Shown: positions 9,341 to 19,225, counted from the first letter of the stretch. The stretch: DNA of 64,000 nt from a bacterium (GCA_037139975.1 JBAXFJ010000001.1:48586-112585); one strand, 5' to 3'. Notes: generated by a model not told the origin, from the letters alone. Made by a program: numbers and translations.

Positions 9341-10468
9341 CTAGAGCGTGGTTGTCGAGAGTGCGGGGGCAGACAGGCTCTCTGCCACCGTGAACGAGAT
9401 GCGCCCTACCAGCGCCCCGCGGCCGGTCTCGATGTTGCAGCGCCACGCGCCCGGCGTGAGGCTGTTTTCGATGCTGTAGCCGCGATAGCCACCATCGCGC
9501 CCGCCGTTTATCGGGAATGAAACAAGCGAGCGCGTCTCCCAGTTTTTATTCGCTGTATTGTATTTCTCCCACCGGTGCACAATAGGAGCCCCGAGCCCAC
9601 CGGGCGCAAAGACCGCGCTGTAGCAATAGGCGCTTTGGTAGCTGTTCAGGGAGCTAAGTGTAGTGAACTGCGCGCTCGTATCGCGCCAAAAGACATACCA
9701 CGCTGGTTTTTCATAACTCGCAGTGTAGATGTCCCCCGCACTGTTTGCCTCGGGCAATACCGCGAGCGAATGGTAGATGCCAATTTCTTTCAGCGACAGT
9801 GGCACGGGCGGAATAATATTTAAAAAATAGAGACCATTAAACACGAGGCAGATACCAAGCGCGATACCCGCCACCTCGCGCAGCTGCCCCCGCTCACTGC
9901 GGCGAAATACAAAATGATGAAGTAGCGAAAGAAACCCCAGGATGATGCCAAGGCTGAGCGCACTACTCATCAAAAAGACATCCGTCCCGATGCGGTGCAA
10001 CAGAAACGTCGGCACGGCGATGACGCAGTACGTCAGGAGCAGGAAATAATAGACGGCAACATTAAAGCGCAGTTGCTCGTAGCGGCCTTTCAAAAATTCG
10101 TTCCCGAGTGCAAACGCGAGTAAGATACCAACAAATAAAAAGCTTCCTCCGATGGTCCCACTCTTGCCATAGAGGATGAGCAGGTTGTTAGCCAACCCTC
10201 CAAAACAAAATTGCAAAATGAGCAGGAGCGCGAGCGGCTCGGCAGGGTTTTCTTTCTCCATGTTGCGCCGGAGCGTGCGCATATTGAGCGCGAGGATAAT
10301 CGCCGCAGCAAAGAAGAGATAGAAGAGAAGCAGAACATTGTCGGCGACGCTGTCGGGGCGCTTGGCCAAAAACAGGTCAAACGAGAAACCAAACGCCAAC
10401 CCACCGAGGCCAATATGCCGCTGATACTTTGCCCAAAAGGAAATGAAGCGAGCCCATGCTTTTTGCAT
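9341..10468 (-). CDS. Multi-pass membrane protein, DUF2914-like C-terminal domain
   Basis: About 7 TM helices, then YCYSAVFAP...GGRDGGYRGYS...GAWRCNIET. Confidence 0.75.
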   Translation of the reverse strand: MQKAWARFISFWAKYQRHIGLGGLAFGFSFDLFLAKRPDSVADNVLLLFYLFFAAAIILALNMRTLRRNMEKENPAEPLALLLILQFCFGGLANNLLILYGKSGTIGGSFLFVGILLAFALGNEFLKGRYEQLRFNVAVYYFLLLTYCVIAVPTFLLHRIGTDVFLMSSALSLGIILGFLSLLHHFVFRRSERGQLREVAGIALGICLVFNGLYFLNIIPPVPLSLKEIGIYHSLAVLPEANSAGDIYTASYEKPAWYVFWRDTSAQFTTLSSLNSYQSAYCYSAVFAPGGLGAPIVHRWEKYNTANKNWETRSLVSFPINGGRDGGYRGYSIENSLTPGAWRCNIETGRGALVGRISFTVAESLSAPALSTTTL

Positions 10469-10516
10469 GAGTATATTGTACTCTACTCACTACAACAACT
10501 AGCAATATACCGACTC

Positions 10517-10717
10517 TTATCTACCCTTGTCGCTCACATACAACTGCGAAGTCCCGAGCAGAGTTCTGTTTTGATCATACACGAAGACCGTATACTGCCC
10601 TTCGGCAACTCCTGAGAGCGCGATCGACCAGGTATTTCCGGCTGTTGATTGAGGATAGGTACTGCCAGAGCGAACGGTGAAATTAGCGTTACCCTGCAAC
10701 CCCACAATACTCAACAA
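10517..10717 (-). pseudogene. Possible remnant of an Ig-like surface protein
   Basis: Short beta-rich frame (WSIALSGVAEGQYTVFVYD) with a TTG start and no clear N-terminus. Confidence 0.3.
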
Positions 10718-10821
10718 ATCGGTAGCCCCAGAGTATCCCTGCGCTGTGCTACTTGCCTGATTTGCTACACCAACCCCTCACACACGGCGAGGGGCTGGTG
10801 TTGACAGCAAAAAGGTAGTTT

Positions 10822-11187
10822 TTAGAGTTCAATAAACGTCAATTCTTTTATCTTTCTGAAACCGCGATCTCGAGTAACAAGCGGAGACTGTCGAGCAAGT
10901 GCGGTGGCGGCAATGGCGGCATCAGGGAGCGAGAGTTTATACGTCCTTCGCAGCGCGGCTGCAGACTCAGCAAGTTCGTTATCGAAGGGCACTGAAATAA
11001 AGTTGTCTATAAACTCCTTCATGCGCTCAAAGTCAACCTTAGACAAACCAGGGAGCGAAAAAAGTTCGGCAACAGAAATCGAAGAGACGAAAAGCGCCCG
11101 ACCCATTTCTTTTTGCTCGAGCACAAAATCGACAACTGCTTGTTCCCCGTTCAGATATGCAATGAGGATATTTGTATCAAGTGTCAT
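10822..11187 (-). CDS. vapC: PIN-domain (VapC family) toxin
   Basis: LDTNILI, SSISVAEL, LPDAAIAATA and LVTRD. Confidence 0.9.
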   Translation of the reverse strand: MTLDTNILIAYLNGEQAVVDFVLEQKEMGRALFVSSISVAELFSLPGLSKVDFERMKEFIDNFISVPFDNELAESAAALRRTYKLSLPDAAIAATALARQSPLVTRDRGFRKIKELTFIEL

Positions 11188-11211
11188 ACTAAAAAGTAGT
11201 ATGTGGCTGTA

Positions 11212-11385
11212 TTACCTGCGTTTTAGTTTTGCAGAACGCTTCTCCCATTCTTTGCGCATAGCTTTTTGATATTTCACTCCTTGGGGGAGCTTACCCTTGA
11301 GCATTCCAGCCGCAACAACGAGGCTTTTCGGCAATTGATACCGAATATTCCCTATTTCCATAGATTTTACCACCATTCCTTTCAT
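11212..11385 (-). CDS. Putative antitoxin (57 aa)
   Basis: Below the ORF cut-off: MKGMVVKSMEIG...AAGMLKGKLPQGVKYQKAMRKEWEKR..., directly upstream of the PIN gene. Confidence 0.6.
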   Translation of the reverse strand: MKGMVVKSMEIGNIRYQLPKSLVVAAGMLKGKLPQGVKYQKAMRKEWEKRSAKLKRR

Positions 11386-11425
11386 GACCTACAGTATATC
11401 ACAACCAGTAAGAGAAGTATTAATT

Positions 11426-12694
11426 TTATACAAACACCTCGGGGATTGGGAATTTGGCGCACATAGTTTTTATCTCTTGGTGGATTGCTTCGAGTTTTGT
11501 TTTGTCGTCTTTATTTCTCAGCGCTTCAAGCATAAGCTCTGCCACGCGCGCACTCTCCCTTTCCATAAACCCGCGCGTGGTGATAGCCGGCGTACCAAAA
11601 CGGATACCCGAAGGGTCCATGGGACTGCGCGGGTCGTCGGCGATCATATTTTTATTGAGTGTAATGCCCACGGTGTCGAGCACTTCTTCGGCCTCTTTGC
11701 CAGAAACACCGAGCGAGCCAAACACGTCGGCCAGAATGAGATGGTTGGAGGTGCCGCCCGCGAGCATGCGCACGCCTTCTGTATGCAGCACCTCTTCCAT
11801 CGCTTTTGCATTCTTAAGTATCTGCTGTGCGTAGGTTTTAAAGCTTGGCTGGAGCGCCTCGCCAAAGGCGACCGCCTTGGCCGCGATGGTGTGCATCAAG
11901 GGGCCACCTTGGAAGCCCGGGAACACCGCTTTGTCTATTTGTTTTGCCAGACTCTCTGACTCGCGGGTGAGGATGATGCCGCCGCGCGGGCCGCGCAGCG
12001 TCTTATGCGTGGTCGAGGTCATCACATCAAAGCCGTAGTCAAAGGGGTTTTTGACCGCGCCGCCCGCGATGAGCCCTGCAATGTGCGCCGCGTCCATCAC
12101 CGCATACGCCCCCACCTCTTTTGCAATTGCCGAAATTTTTGCATAGTCGAGCTCGCGGCTGTAGGCCGAGTATCCCGCGAGTACGATCTTGGGCCGCGTC
12201 TCTTTAGCGACGCGGAGCATGTCGTCGTAGTCGATCTCGCCGGTCTCCACGTCTTTCATTTTGTAGCGCACAAAGTTAAAAAACTTGGTGATATAGGTAA
12301 CCGGGTGGCCGTGGGTCAAGTGCCCGCCATGGCTCAGATCCATTCCCAAAACGGTGTCGCCCGGCTGCAAGAGCGCAAAGTACATGCCGATGTTGGCGTT
12401 GGCGCCCGCGTGTGGCTGAACGTTGGCAAAGCCTGCGCCAAAGAGCTTTTTAACCCGCTCAATGGCAAGCTCTTCGGCTTGGTCGGTAAACTCCTGGCCG
12501 CCATAGTACCGCTTGCCGGGGTAGCCTTCAGAATACTTGTTGGTCAATATTGACCCCTGCGCCTCACGCACTGCTTTTGAAACATAGTTTTCAGACGGAA
12601 TTAACTCCAACCCCTCTCGCTCGCGTGTCTCTTCACCCTCGATGATGTCGAATACCGCCTTGTCTTGATTCTTGATGTGTTCGTAGTCGCTCAT
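11426..12694 (-). CDS. glyA: Serine hydroxymethyltransferase
   Basis: LELIPSENY, NKYSEGYPGKRYYGG, GGHLTHG and TTHKTLRGPRGG. Confidence 0.97.
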   Translation of the reverse strand: MSDYEHIKNQDKAVFDIIEGEETREREGLELIPSENYVSKAVREAQGSILTNKYSEGYPGKRYYGGQEFTDQAEELAIERVKKLFGAGFANVQPHAGANANIGMYFALLQPGDTVLGMDLSHGGHLTHGHPVTYITKFFNFVRYKMKDVETGEIDYDDMLRVAKETRPKIVLAGYSAYSRELDYAKISAIAKEVGAYAVMDAAHIAGLIAGGAVKNPFDYGFDVMTSTTHKTLRGPRGGIILTRESESLAKQIDKAVFPGFQGGPLMHTIAAKAVAFGEALQPSFKTYAQQILKNAKAMEEVLHTEGVRMLAGGTSNHLILADVFGSLGVSGKEAEEVLDTVGITLNKNMIADDPRSPMDPSGIRFGTPAITTRGFMERESARVAELMLEALRNKDDKTKLEAIHQEIKTMCAKFPIPEVFV

Positions 12695-12708
12695 ATAAAC
12701 AGTATATC

Positions 12709-13371
12709 TTAACGTTTAAGTAATTTCTGCACTTCTGCATACACACGCTCACGTATCACCTCGCGCGAAAGCACCCCCTCCTTATCAGAACAGTCTATTT
12801 TCTTCCACGCATTGTTTTTCTGTATCAGCTTAAGCGCTTCTTGCCCCGCATTCAAAAGATAGCGCTCGTTTTTTTCGGCAAGATCTTTCTTTTTTGTTTT
12901 CAAAAGCTGAAGCGAAAGTGCGATAGGCAGGTTAAGACACAGAATCATATCTGGCCGAGGAAGACCAAACACCCCGTGCTCCATTTTGTCGAGCCACACC
13001 AAAAACTCTGTGCGCTTTTTGGCGTCCTTAATTTTCCCACCCTGGTGCATCTGGTTTGCGCTCACATACCTATCAAGCACCACCACCTTCCCTGCCGCAA
13101 GCCACTTTTCTATTTTTGCTTTTGATTCAAAACGATCTGCCGCATACAAGACCGAGGCGATGTGCGCATCGAGCGCTATGAAGTCACCATACTTTCCTGC
13201 CAAACACTCGCCCAGAAGCTTTCCAAAAAGATTATTTTGATATTGCGGAAAATCGAGCGTCTCAGTCGGAATCTTTTCTTTTTTTAAACGCGCAACCAAA
13301 AGCTTGGTTTGTGTCGCCTTCCCCACTCCATCGGAGCCGTCAATTACAATGAGTTTTCCTTTTTTGTCCAT
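12709..13371 (-). CDS. tmk: Thymidylate kinase
   Basis: IDGSDGVGKATQ P-loop, LYAADR and LDRY. Confidence 0.9.
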   Translation of the reverse strand: MDKKGKLIVIDGSDGVGKATQTKLLVARLKKEKIPTETLDFPQYQNNLFGKLLGECLAGKYGDFIALDAHIASVLYAADRFESKAKIEKWLAAGKVVVLDRYVSANQMHQGGKIKDAKKRTEFLVWLDKMEHGVFGLPRPDMILCLNLPIALSLQLLKTKKKDLAEKNERYLLNAGQEALKLIQKNNAWKKIDCSDKEGVLSREVIRERVYAEVQKLLKR

Positions 13372-13419
13372 AGTGTTTGCTCGTGTGCACATATGATACA
13401 GTGTGGGTACAAAAATACC

Positions 13420-14097
13420 ATGGCGCTTTCAGACAAACGGATACTCGAAGAAAAGAAAAAAGGCGATATTGTCATCGAGCCCTTCAAACGCGAAAACTTG
13501 GCGACCTCGAGCTATGACGTCACCCTGGGCGAGTGGTTCTTCCGCGAACAGCCCACCATCTACAACCACAGCCTCTACAATATTTGGAGCCAGTCGCACA
13601 TGGAGCACGTCTGGGGCGCAAAAAACGTCCAGCGCGCCATCCCCGCAAAAGAAGCATTCAAGAAATATAACTTTCGCTGGGAGGGCATCAGCCCAAACGA
13701 CAAGGTAATCATTTTGCGCCCCGGCGAAACCATTTTAGCCCACACCCAGGAGTTTATTGGTGGCAAAGACCACATCACGACCATGATGAAGGCGCGCTCT
13801 TCGATGGGCCGCAACTTTATCGAGGTGTGCAAATGTGCCGGCTGGGGCGATGTGGGCTACATCAACCGTTGGACCATGGAGGTTACCAACAATTCGAAAA
13901 ACTACATCATCCCCCTCGTGGTTGGCCGACGCATCGCGCAAATTATCTTTTTTGAAACAGGGCCAATCCTCGAAGCGAGCTATGCAAAAAGCGGCAAGTA
14001 CCAAAGCGGCGACTCACTCGCCAAGCTCAAAAAAGAATGGAAGCCTGAAATGATGTTGCCCAAGCTCTACCTCGACAGAGACGCTAAGAAAAAGTAG
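13420..14097 (+). CDS. dcd: dCTP deaminase
   Basis: MALSDKRI, SSYDVTLG, ARSSMGR, GDVGY, RIAQIIF and GKYQ. Confidence 0.85.
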   Translation: MALSDKRILEEKKKGDIVIEPFKRENLATSSYDVTLGEWFFREQPTIYNHSLYNIWSQSHMEHVWGAKNVQRAIPAKEAFKKYNFRWEGISPNDKVIILRPGETILAHTQEFIGGKDHITTMMKARSSMGRNFIEVCKCAGWGDVGYINRWTMEVTNNSKNYIIPLVVGRRIAQIIFFETGPILEASYAKSGKYQSGDSLAKLKKEWKPEMMLPKLYLDRDAKKK

Positions 14098-14138
14098 AGT
14101 AACCGAGGAAGAACATACCAAAATAGGAGAAAAACATC

Positions 14139-14966
14139 ATGCTGACCTACAACAACGTACTCCGAAAGATCATGGATGAAGGCGTCGATCGAGTTGGCCG
14201 CAATGCGACAACGCGAGCGCTCTTTGCCATACAAATGCGCTTCAAGATGTCTGACGGCTTCCCCGCCGTCACCACAAAAAGGCTCGCGTTCAAAGCAGTC
14301 AAAAGCGAGCTGTTGTGGTTTCTCGAAGGGAGTAGCGACGATAACAGGCTGAAAGAGCTCAATGGGAGTGACACTACCATCTGGACTGATAATGCGCAGG
14401 CTGACTACTGGAAGCCCAAGGCTAAGTTTGAGGGCGACCTCGGACGCATCTATGGCGTGCAATGGCGGAAATGGCAAACGGTAGACGGGCGGATAGTCGA
14501 CCAAATGGCCGATGCGGTAGAGAAAATTAAAAAATCTCCGGCCGACAGGCGCATCATTGTCACCGCATGGAACCCGGGCGAAATCGACCAAATGGGCCTA
14601 CCGCCGTGCCACATGCTGTTTCAGTTTTTTGTGGCAGATGGCAAGCTTTCACTCCATATGGTACAGCGTAGCTGCGACATGTTTTTGGGTGTGCCGTTTA
14701 ACATCGCCTCATATTCATTACTTCTACACATGATGGCTCAAGTAACCGGCACCGTGGCAGACGAATGCATTTTGACACTCAATGACGCACACATCTACCA
14801 CGAACACTTCGACGCGGTCAAAGAGCAGCTATCCCGCGAACCCATGAAGCTTTGCAACCTTTGGCTCAACCCCGAGGTCAAAAGCATCGACGGCTTCACT
14901 ATGGACGATATTCGGCTTGAAAATTACGAAAGCCATCCAAGTATTAAAGCTCGGATGATCGTCTAG
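14139..14966 (+). CDS. thyA: Thymidylate synthase
   Basis: ELLWFL, DLGRIYGVQWR, LPPCH and QRSCDMFLGVPFNIASY. Confidence 0.97.
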   Translation: MLTYNNVLRKIMDEGVDRVGRNATTRALFAIQMRFKMSDGFPAVTTKRLAFKAVKSELLWFLEGSSDDNRLKELNGSDTTIWTDNAQADYWKPKAKFEGDLGRIYGVQWRKWQTVDGRIVDQMADAVEKIKKSPADRRIIVTAWNPGEIDQMGLPPCHMLFQFFVADGKLSLHMVQRSCDMFLGVPFNIASYSLLLHMMAQVTGTVADECILTLNDAHIYHEHFDAVKEQLSREPMKLCNLWLNPEVKSIDGFTMDDIRLENYESHPSIKARMIV

Positions 14967-14968
14967 CT

Positions 14969-15487
14969 ATGGCAGCACGTATCAGCGCTCTTGTCGCGCT
15001 TGGCAAAAACCGCGTCATTGGCAAAGGAAACGAGCTGCTTTGGCACATTCCTGACGATCTTAAGCGGTTTAAAGCGCTTACCCTTGGGCGCCCAGTCATC
15101 ATGGGGCGCAAGACGTTTGAATCAATAGTTGCGGCAATAGGCAAGCCACTTCCCGGCCGCACCAACATCGTTGTAACACGCGACCCGAGCTTTGTATCAA
15201 GGTTAAACCTTGATATGAGCGATGTGCTTGTTGTTAGTTCGCTCAAAGAAGCGCTTGAGAAAGCGAGCACCATGGACCAAGAAGAAATCTTTATCGGGGG
15301 TGGCGCACAAATCTACGAGCAAGTCTTACCCAAGGTTGATCGTCTATATCTGACTCTCATTGACGGCGAGCAAGAGGGCGATACTTTCTTTCCGCCCTAT
15401 GAACACCTATTCACCAAAAAAGTTTTTGAGGAGGAGCACGAGTGGCAAGGCTTAAAGTACACCTGGGTTGATTTAGAGAAAGAGTAG
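14969..15487 (+). CDS. folA: Dihydrofolate reductase
   Basis: NRVIG, WHIPDDLKRFK, IMGRKTFES, PLPGRTN, IGGGAQIY and GDTFFP. Confidence 0.96.
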   Translation: MAARISALVALGKNRVIGKGNELLWHIPDDLKRFKALTLGRPVIMGRKTFESIVAAIGKPLPGRTNIVVTRDPSFVSRLNLDMSDVLVVSSLKEALEKASTMDQEEIFIGGGAQIYEQVLPKVDRLYLTLIDGEQEGDTFFPPYEHLFTKKVFEEEHEWQGLKYTWVDLEKE

Positions 15488-15554
15488 TACTAAAGAAAAT
15501 CCCGCACCAGAAATGGCGCGGGTACTTTTTTGCCCAACAAGCAAAAGAACAGGA

Positions 15555-15881
15555 CTACTTACTTTTCATTACTTCGGGGACCAACTCGCCGAGTACCCAC
15601 GGTTCGATCTCCAGAACCTCGGCGAGCTTCAGCGTATTCACGAGCATTTTCGCTATCGCGATACGCAAAGCGCCGATATCCATGAGGTCGCCGTGGTCGG
15701 CCGCTTCGCCCTGGGCAGCAATCGCTCCAACCGACTTCATCATGTGCAGAGCGCTGTGCTTTACCGCAAAAGCCGTGCGCTGCTCACCAACGAGCTGCAC
15801 GAGTTCTGGATAGTGTTCCGGTGTGAACTGATAACGCTCCCCAATGAGCCGCATAAGAGCCACAAGATCAGTGGCAGCCAT
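15555..15881 (-). CDS. Hypothetical all-alpha protein, possibly a degenerate MazG-like fold
   Basis: Helical pattern LHMMKSVGAIA...LRIAIAKMLVNTLKLAEVLEIE; CAGGAG upstream of the start. Confidence 0.45.
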   Translation of the reverse strand: MAATDLVALMRLIGERYQFTPEHYPELVQLVGEQRTAFAVKHSALHMMKSVGAIAAQGEAADHGDLMDIGALRIAIAKMLVNTLKLAEVLEIEPWVLGELVPEVMKSK

Positions 15882-15936
15882 GGCTTTATCTCCTGATTAT
15901 GTTCAGATCAAAATCTATCACATTTTAGGAAAACTT

Positions 15937-16971
15937 CTACTTCTCCAACGCCTTCAAAACCTTCAGATACAGCTCCTCAACTATTTTCTTTTGCTTTGCA
16001 CCAGTGGTCACATAATGGTCGAGGCCCGGGGCCGAGTTTATCTCGAGCACACAGTAATTGCGAACGTCTTTTTTGTTTTTTGGCCCAACTTTAGGCGCCT
16101 GTGCGATATCGCCCTCTATCATCAAGTCGACCCCACAGAGGCGCAGGCCCATGTCGCGGGTGATGTTTACGGCAAGCTTTTGAAACAGTGGGTGCGCGGT
16201 ACTGGTCACATCAACCGAGTCGCCCCCGGTCGAGAGGTTGGCGTTGTCGAGTAAAAATACCCGCTCTTCCACCTTGGGCTTTGAAGCGAGCGAGAGCTTT
16301 TGTTGCCCCAGCTTGCGTGCGATGCGTGGGTCAGTCGGCTTTATTTGTGTGTCGCGCCCTGCTTTTTTAAATTCTGCTTGTTTTTGCGCAAGTAGTTGTT
16401 TGATACTCGAGCGGCCATCCCCCATCACAGAGAGCGGCACGCGCTCATAGGCCGAGATTACTTCACCGTCGAGCACCACAAGGCGGTAGTCGCGACCGGT
16501 TACTACATTTTGCACAAGCATCACTTTGTCATATGCAAAGATACTTCGTACCGCGCGATAGAAGTCTGCTTTGGTGAACACTTTTTCGACCCCCCTGCCT
16601 TGGCTGCCGCTGTTGGGCTTCACGATAACCGGTAGGCCGAGTTTTTGCGCATACACCCACGCAGTGTGTATGTTTCTTTTGGAATGTATCGTTTTTGACC
16701 ATTCGTCAGAGAAAAAAGCACGGCTACCAGGCACTACGCAGTAGCCTTGGCTTTTAAGAAAGAAGTTTGCATAGTCTTTGTCTTTTGAAATTTCAGTTGC
16801 GCCCAAGGGGTTAAGGTCGATGCTGTTGTATCTAAAATATGATTTCGCGCCACTTTTAAAAACAATCTGCCCGACCACGCCCCACTCGGGCTCTAAAAAA
16901 ACTCGCGCCCCAATACGGGGAGCGAGTTTTTTTAAAAGCGGGCTCAAAAAAGGTTTGGACGCTTTAGACAC
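15937..16971 (-). CDS. ATP-grasp ligase (cyanophycin synthetase/GshF ATP-grasp-like)
   Basis: KDK, PVIVKPNSGSQGRGV, GRDYRLVV, ANLSTGG, CGVDL and LEINSAPG. Confidence 0.8.
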   Translation of the reverse strand: MSKASKPFLSPLLKKLAPRIGARVFLEPEWGVVGQIVFKSGAKSYFRYNSIDLNPLGATEISKDKDYANFFLKSQGYCVVPGSRAFFSDEWSKTIHSKRNIHTAWVYAQKLGLPVIVKPNSGSQGRGVEKVFTKADFYRAVRSIFAYDKVMLVQNVVTGRDYRLVVLDGEVISAYERVPLSVMGDGRSSIKQLLAQKQAEFKKAGRDTQIKPTDPRIARKLGQQKLSLASKPKVEERVFLLDNANLSTGGDSVDVTSTAHPLFQKLAVNITRDMGLRLCGVDLMIEGDIAQAPKVGPKNKKDVRNYCVLEINSAPGLDHYVTTGAKQKKIVEELYLKVLKALEK

Positions 16972-16979
16972 AGAAGTGA

Positions 16980-17402
16980 TTATTTAATATCAACGCCCAT
17001 GCTTCGCGCAGTGCCGGCGATAATATTCATCGCGCCTTCGATGTTCTTTGCATTAAGGTCAACCATCTTTTGCTCAGCAATGGCACGGAGTTGGTCTTTT
17101 GAAAGCACGCCCACCTTGGCGGTGTTGGGCTTGCCTGAACCTTTGTCTTTGCCTATAGCCTTCATGATGAGGCCGGAGGCCGGAGGCGTCTTGAGCACAA
17201 AGTCGTACGAGCGGTCATCGTAAATGGTGATGATGCAAGGAATAAGATTGCCGATCATCGGCTGGGTTGCATCGTTAAAACGCTTGACGAATTCACCAAT
17301 GTTGATACCCGCGGGGCCGAGCGTGGTGCCCAAAGGAGGCGCGGGCGTAGCCTTGCCTGCTGGGGCGATTACCTTTATTTTCTTTACTATTTTCTTTGCC
17401 AT
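16980..17402 (-). CDS. rplK: 50S ribosomal protein L11
   Basis: PAGKATPAPPLG, KTPPAS and IAGTARSMG. Confidence 0.97.
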   Translation of the reverse strand: MAKKIVKKIKVIAPAGKATPAPPLGTTLGPAGINIGEFVKRFNDATQPMIGNLIPCIITIYDDRSYDFVLKTPPASGLIMKAIGKDKGSGKPNTAKVGVLSKDQLRAIAEQKMVDLNAKNIEGAMNIIAGTARSMGVDIK

Positions 17403-17482
17403 GGTGATTTTTTTGTGTAATGAGATACTACCTTAGACCAGCTTAATCTGCAATCTTTTTTATTTATTTTTACAAATCAAAA

Positions 17483-18034
17483 TTAGATCCTTTTGATTTG
17501 TAGAAAATCCAATTCAACTGGGGTTTCGCGACCAAACATCGAAACCAGCACTTTGATCTTGCCGCGCGCCTCGTCAACCTCACCCACCTTGCCGTCGAGG
17601 TCCTTAAACGGCCCGTCGACAATCGAAACCGCGTCGCCCACAGCCACATCGATAGCGTGCGTGACAGAACCTTCTTTCTCTTGCATGCGACCCAAGAGCA
17701 CATCGACTTCGTGCTGTTGCAGCGGCACTGGGTTGACCCCCGAGCCCACAAAGCCAGTGACGCGCGGCGTGTTGCGCACCACATACCACGACTGATCGTC
17801 AACAATCATCTCAACCAAAACGTAGCCAGGATACACTTTTTCTTCTTCCTCAACACGACGGCCACCCTTGATCTTGATGGTGCGCTCAGTTGGGACGATG
17901 ACATTGAAGATTTTGTCGCCAAGACCAAGCGACTCGATGCGCTGCTTAAGGTTGCGGGCAACCGCGTTTTCATAGCCGGCGTAGGTGTGAATAGCGTACC
18001 ACGCGCGCCCCAGATTGCTTTCTTGTTTTGCCAT
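17483..18034 (-). CDS. nusG: Transcription factor NusG
   Basis: WYAIHTYAGYE, YPGYVLVEM, VRNTPRVTGFVG and the KOW tail FGRETPVEL. Confidence 0.97.
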   Translation of the reverse strand: MAKQESNLGRAWYAIHTYAGYENAVARNLKQRIESLGLGDKIFNVIVPTERTIKIKGGRRVEEEEKVYPGYVLVEMIVDDQSWYVVRNTPRVTGFVGSGVNPVPLQQHEVDVLLGRMQEKEGSVTHAIDVAVGDAVSIVDGPFKDLDGKVGEVDEARGKIKVLVSMFGRETPVELDFLQIKRI

Positions 18035-18076
18035 AAAATGTATAGATGCGTTAAAAGGGTAAAAGCTACACAGAAC

Positions 18077-18253
18077 TTAGATGATTTTCTTGATGATAGC
18101 CGCAAAGAGGTAGTCAAGCAGCCCAAGGTATACGGCCACGGCGATTGAGATGCCAATAACCATAACGGTGTAGACAATGGCCTGCTGGCGCGTCGGCCAC
18201 AACACGTGTTTCATCTCGCCTTTCACCTCCTTGAAATAGTTTGTTATAGCCAT
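18077..18253 (-). CDS. secE: Preprotein translocase SecE
   Basis: Below the cut-off: MAITNYFKEVKGEMKHVLWPTRQQAIVYT plus a TM helix; upstream of nusG. Confidence 0.9.
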   Translation of the reverse strand: MAITNYFKEVKGEMKHVLWPTRQQAIVYTVMVIGISIAVAVYLGLLDYLFAAIIKKII

Positions 18254-18298
18254 GGTGTTTTTTGGTTAACTTGTTTATGCCCTGATTTTCGGCAATTT

Positions 18299-18320
18299 TA
18301 AAAGCCCCGGGGGGCTTTTT
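18299..18320. terminator. Hairpin terminator
   Basis: AAAAGCCCC-GG-GGGGCTTTT between the SIMPL gene and secE. Confidence 0.5.
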
Positions 18321-18379
18321 ATAGCCCTATAGTACGGTTTTTGGTTGAGAAGTCAAGATACCCCAAACACTCTCCTAGA

Positions 18380-19225
18380 CTAACGGATCTCGTAGGTAAT
18401 AGACACGTCGTCGGTCACTTTGTTTTGACCCACAGAGATTTCAGGAGTGGCTGCTTTGTCTGCGGTCGCGCCCATAGCCATGCTGTACGCCATCGGCGCT
18501 GGTTGGCCGCCCGCGCCATTTTCATTGAACGAGACAACGCGTACCAAGGAGACGCCGAGCTGCTTTGCAAGCGCTTCAGCCTTCTCTTTTGCATCAGTAA
18601 TAGCTTTGTCGCGCGCGCCGGTTTGCACGGCTGTTGGATCGTCAAAGACAAATTGGAGCCCTGACACTTCGGTTGCGCCCTTACCACCAACTCCCGCAAG
18701 GGTGTCCCCCGCTTTTTTGGTATCACGCACTTTCACCGTGGTTGTTTGGCGCACTTCGTAGCCCTTGAGCACCTGGCGCCCAGATGGGCAATAGATTGCT
18801 GAACCTCCGTTTGGAGCGCCTACCGAGACTGGGGCAACTTGTGGACACGTCGCATTTTGATATTCGTACTGTGGTTGGATGGAATAGTCGGTGGTTTGAA
18901 TGTCTTTCTCGTCGATGCCTGCGCTTTTCAAATATATGGTGAGTGTGTTTGCCTTGGTGGTAGCATCTGACTGAGCGTCAGCAACACTCGCCTTGTCGGA
19001 GACAACCGAGAAACTGAACGTTGCAACGTCGGGAACCGCCAGCATCTCGCCGTGACCCGAAACAACGATGGTGTTGGTTGCAGCAATGCCCGTGCCCACA
19101 TACTTGAGGCTCATCAACCCACTCACCACCTCGACACCCAAAAACGCCGCAAGGAACACACATGTCACCAGAACCATCTTTCGTATCCACGCACCAACCT
19201 GACCTTCAAACAATGAGTTATTCAT
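18380..19225 (-). CDS. SIMPL/DUF541 family protein
   Basis: IVVSGHGE..AVPDVA, GIDEKDIQT, ARDKAITDAKEKAEALA and VSITYEIR. Confidence 0.88.
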   Translation of the reverse strand: MNNSLFEGQVGAWIRKMVLVTCVFLAAFLGVEVVSGLMSLKYVGTGIAATNTIVVSGHGEMLAVPDVATFSFSVVSDKASVADAQSDATTKANTLTIYLKSAGIDEKDIQTTDYSIQPQYEYQNATCPQVAPVSVGAPNGGSAIYCPSGRQVLKGYEVRQTTTVKVRDTKKAGDTLAGVGGKGATEVSGLQFVFDDPTAVQTGARDKAITDAKEKAEALAKQLGVSLVRVVSFNENGAGGQPAPMAYSMAMGATADKAATPEISVGQNKVTDDVSITYEIR

